A stretch of DNA of 50,720 bases from Octopus sinensis (lineage: Eukaryota), in the NCBI RefSeq assembly GCF_006345805.1, contig NW_021834192.1, positions 1 to 50,720 on the forward strand. The letters are read 5' to 3'. The translations under genes and the position numbers were made by a program. Numbering within the stretch: position 1 is the first letter of the stretch; each line of letters opens with the position of its first letter. Below the pieces are notes generated by a model that worked only from the letters and a program-made list of their open reading frames with translations, ran no database searches and had not been told where the DNA came from. Below, in pieces: positions 49,838 to 50,720 of this stretch.

Positions 49838-50659
49838 ATGTCTATTTGAAAACGTTCATTTGGACAAGAAGCAAACACATGGTGATTTATATCTCCAATC
49901 TACAATTAAAAAATCTTGAACTTTTAAAGGACGCGAAAACTTGCAAACTTCACAATTTCGAATGACTTTTCTGATAATGTCATTCTTGACAGTGAAATAT
50001 CTTTGTCGACATTCATGTTCAATTTTATTTACTCCTCCGTGTGAAAACTTATGTAATGATTTCGCTACAAGCTCCATTCGGTTTCATTATCGAGGGATAT
50101 GACTAACTTGGGATCACTAGATTTAAGATAAAGTCTGTAAATTTATTGCAAATTTACAGTACCTGTCATTGATAATGGTGAAATTCTCCATCTTCTTTAT
50201 AAGTCTATATTTTCGGTGCCTTGGAAGATTTTCGGGAAATTTATCATGTAAAGCATCTTTTAAAATTTGATATTCAACGCAATCTTTTACAAAACCATTG
50301 CAACAAAATAATCATTCATGCTAAATATCACGTTAGAAATTAAGGTTTGCCGCTATAAAAAATAAAATCTTTATAATGATAACATTTATAATAAAAAACT
50401 AATCTAATAGGATAAATAACGATAACAATAGAATATACAAAATTAAATGTCGGTTAATAATCAAAACGAAATTGACTTTATTGACTTATGTTGCCCTAGT
50501 TACTATTCTCTTTTATAGATGCCAATTCTAGGCAAAATGGCATCTAAAATCCATTTTATAAGGTCATTTTTTGTGATAAAATTTGTTATTTAATATGTAA
50601 TTGTTTAATTAATTTTTAATAGAAATAAAAGAATTGACTCATTTGTTAAATATAGCAAC

Positions 50660-50720
50660 ATGAGGACTGTTCCGCCGCCATTTATAATCGGTGTGGCAGG
50701 AGGTAGTGCCTCTGGAAAAG
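50660..50720 (+). CDS. UCK: Uridine-cytidine kinase exon 1, second copy (truncated by the window)
   Basis: MRTVPPPFIIGVAGGSASGK, same protein as 2186-2245. Confidence 0.9.
   Translation, partial: MRTVPPPFIIGVAGGSASGK

Larger units (their letters stand above)
48100..50312 (-). mobile_element. Stand-alone integrase pseudogene, copy 2, interrupted by a SINE and a MITE
   Basis: SLHKFSHGGVNK...CEVC, QGIVERFNQT and LENAVYSYNISVHSFSNEIPFE. Confidence 0.8.
47278..50720. repeat. Segmental duplication, copy 2 (runs off the window end)
   Basis: Colinear with 1-2246. Confidence 0.95.

Overview
AT-rich, transposon-dense eukaryotic DNA, not prokaryotic. The host genes are animal-type (uridine-cytidine kinase, NRAMP, MAX, ARID4, PXK, BPTF, HIPK and an Ig-domain membrane protein) and carry very small GT-AG introns, mostly 23-29 nt. 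This suggests a reduced parasitic metazoan such as a myxozoan; the taxon is an inference. Bases 1-~2245 are a diverged paralog of 47278-50720 (stand-alone integrase plus the UCK 5' end), and each copy shows the empty site for insertions in the other. The region 3.4-19.1 kb is nested mobile DNA. It holds a hAT fossil interrupted by two CRE-like RLE retroposon insertions, one of them a head-to-head chimera with a HIPK fragment, a poly(A) at both ends and a 12-bp TSD. It also holds a three-unit head-to-tail Helitron concatemer in which each unit carries a ~95-bp satellite array and the last unit contains an RTE LINE. The region 20-36 kb holds Tigger/pogo, LINE, integrase, RTE and hAT remnants. 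The region 36-46.5 kb is a compact gene cluster. The right end holds a Ginger-like MITE (TG..CA ends, 5-bp TSD) and a tRNA-derived SINE with an (AAT)n tail. Many genes have single-base frameshifts, which may be long-read errors or true decay. All protein identifications rest on my recognition of motifs in manual translations; no database search was run.
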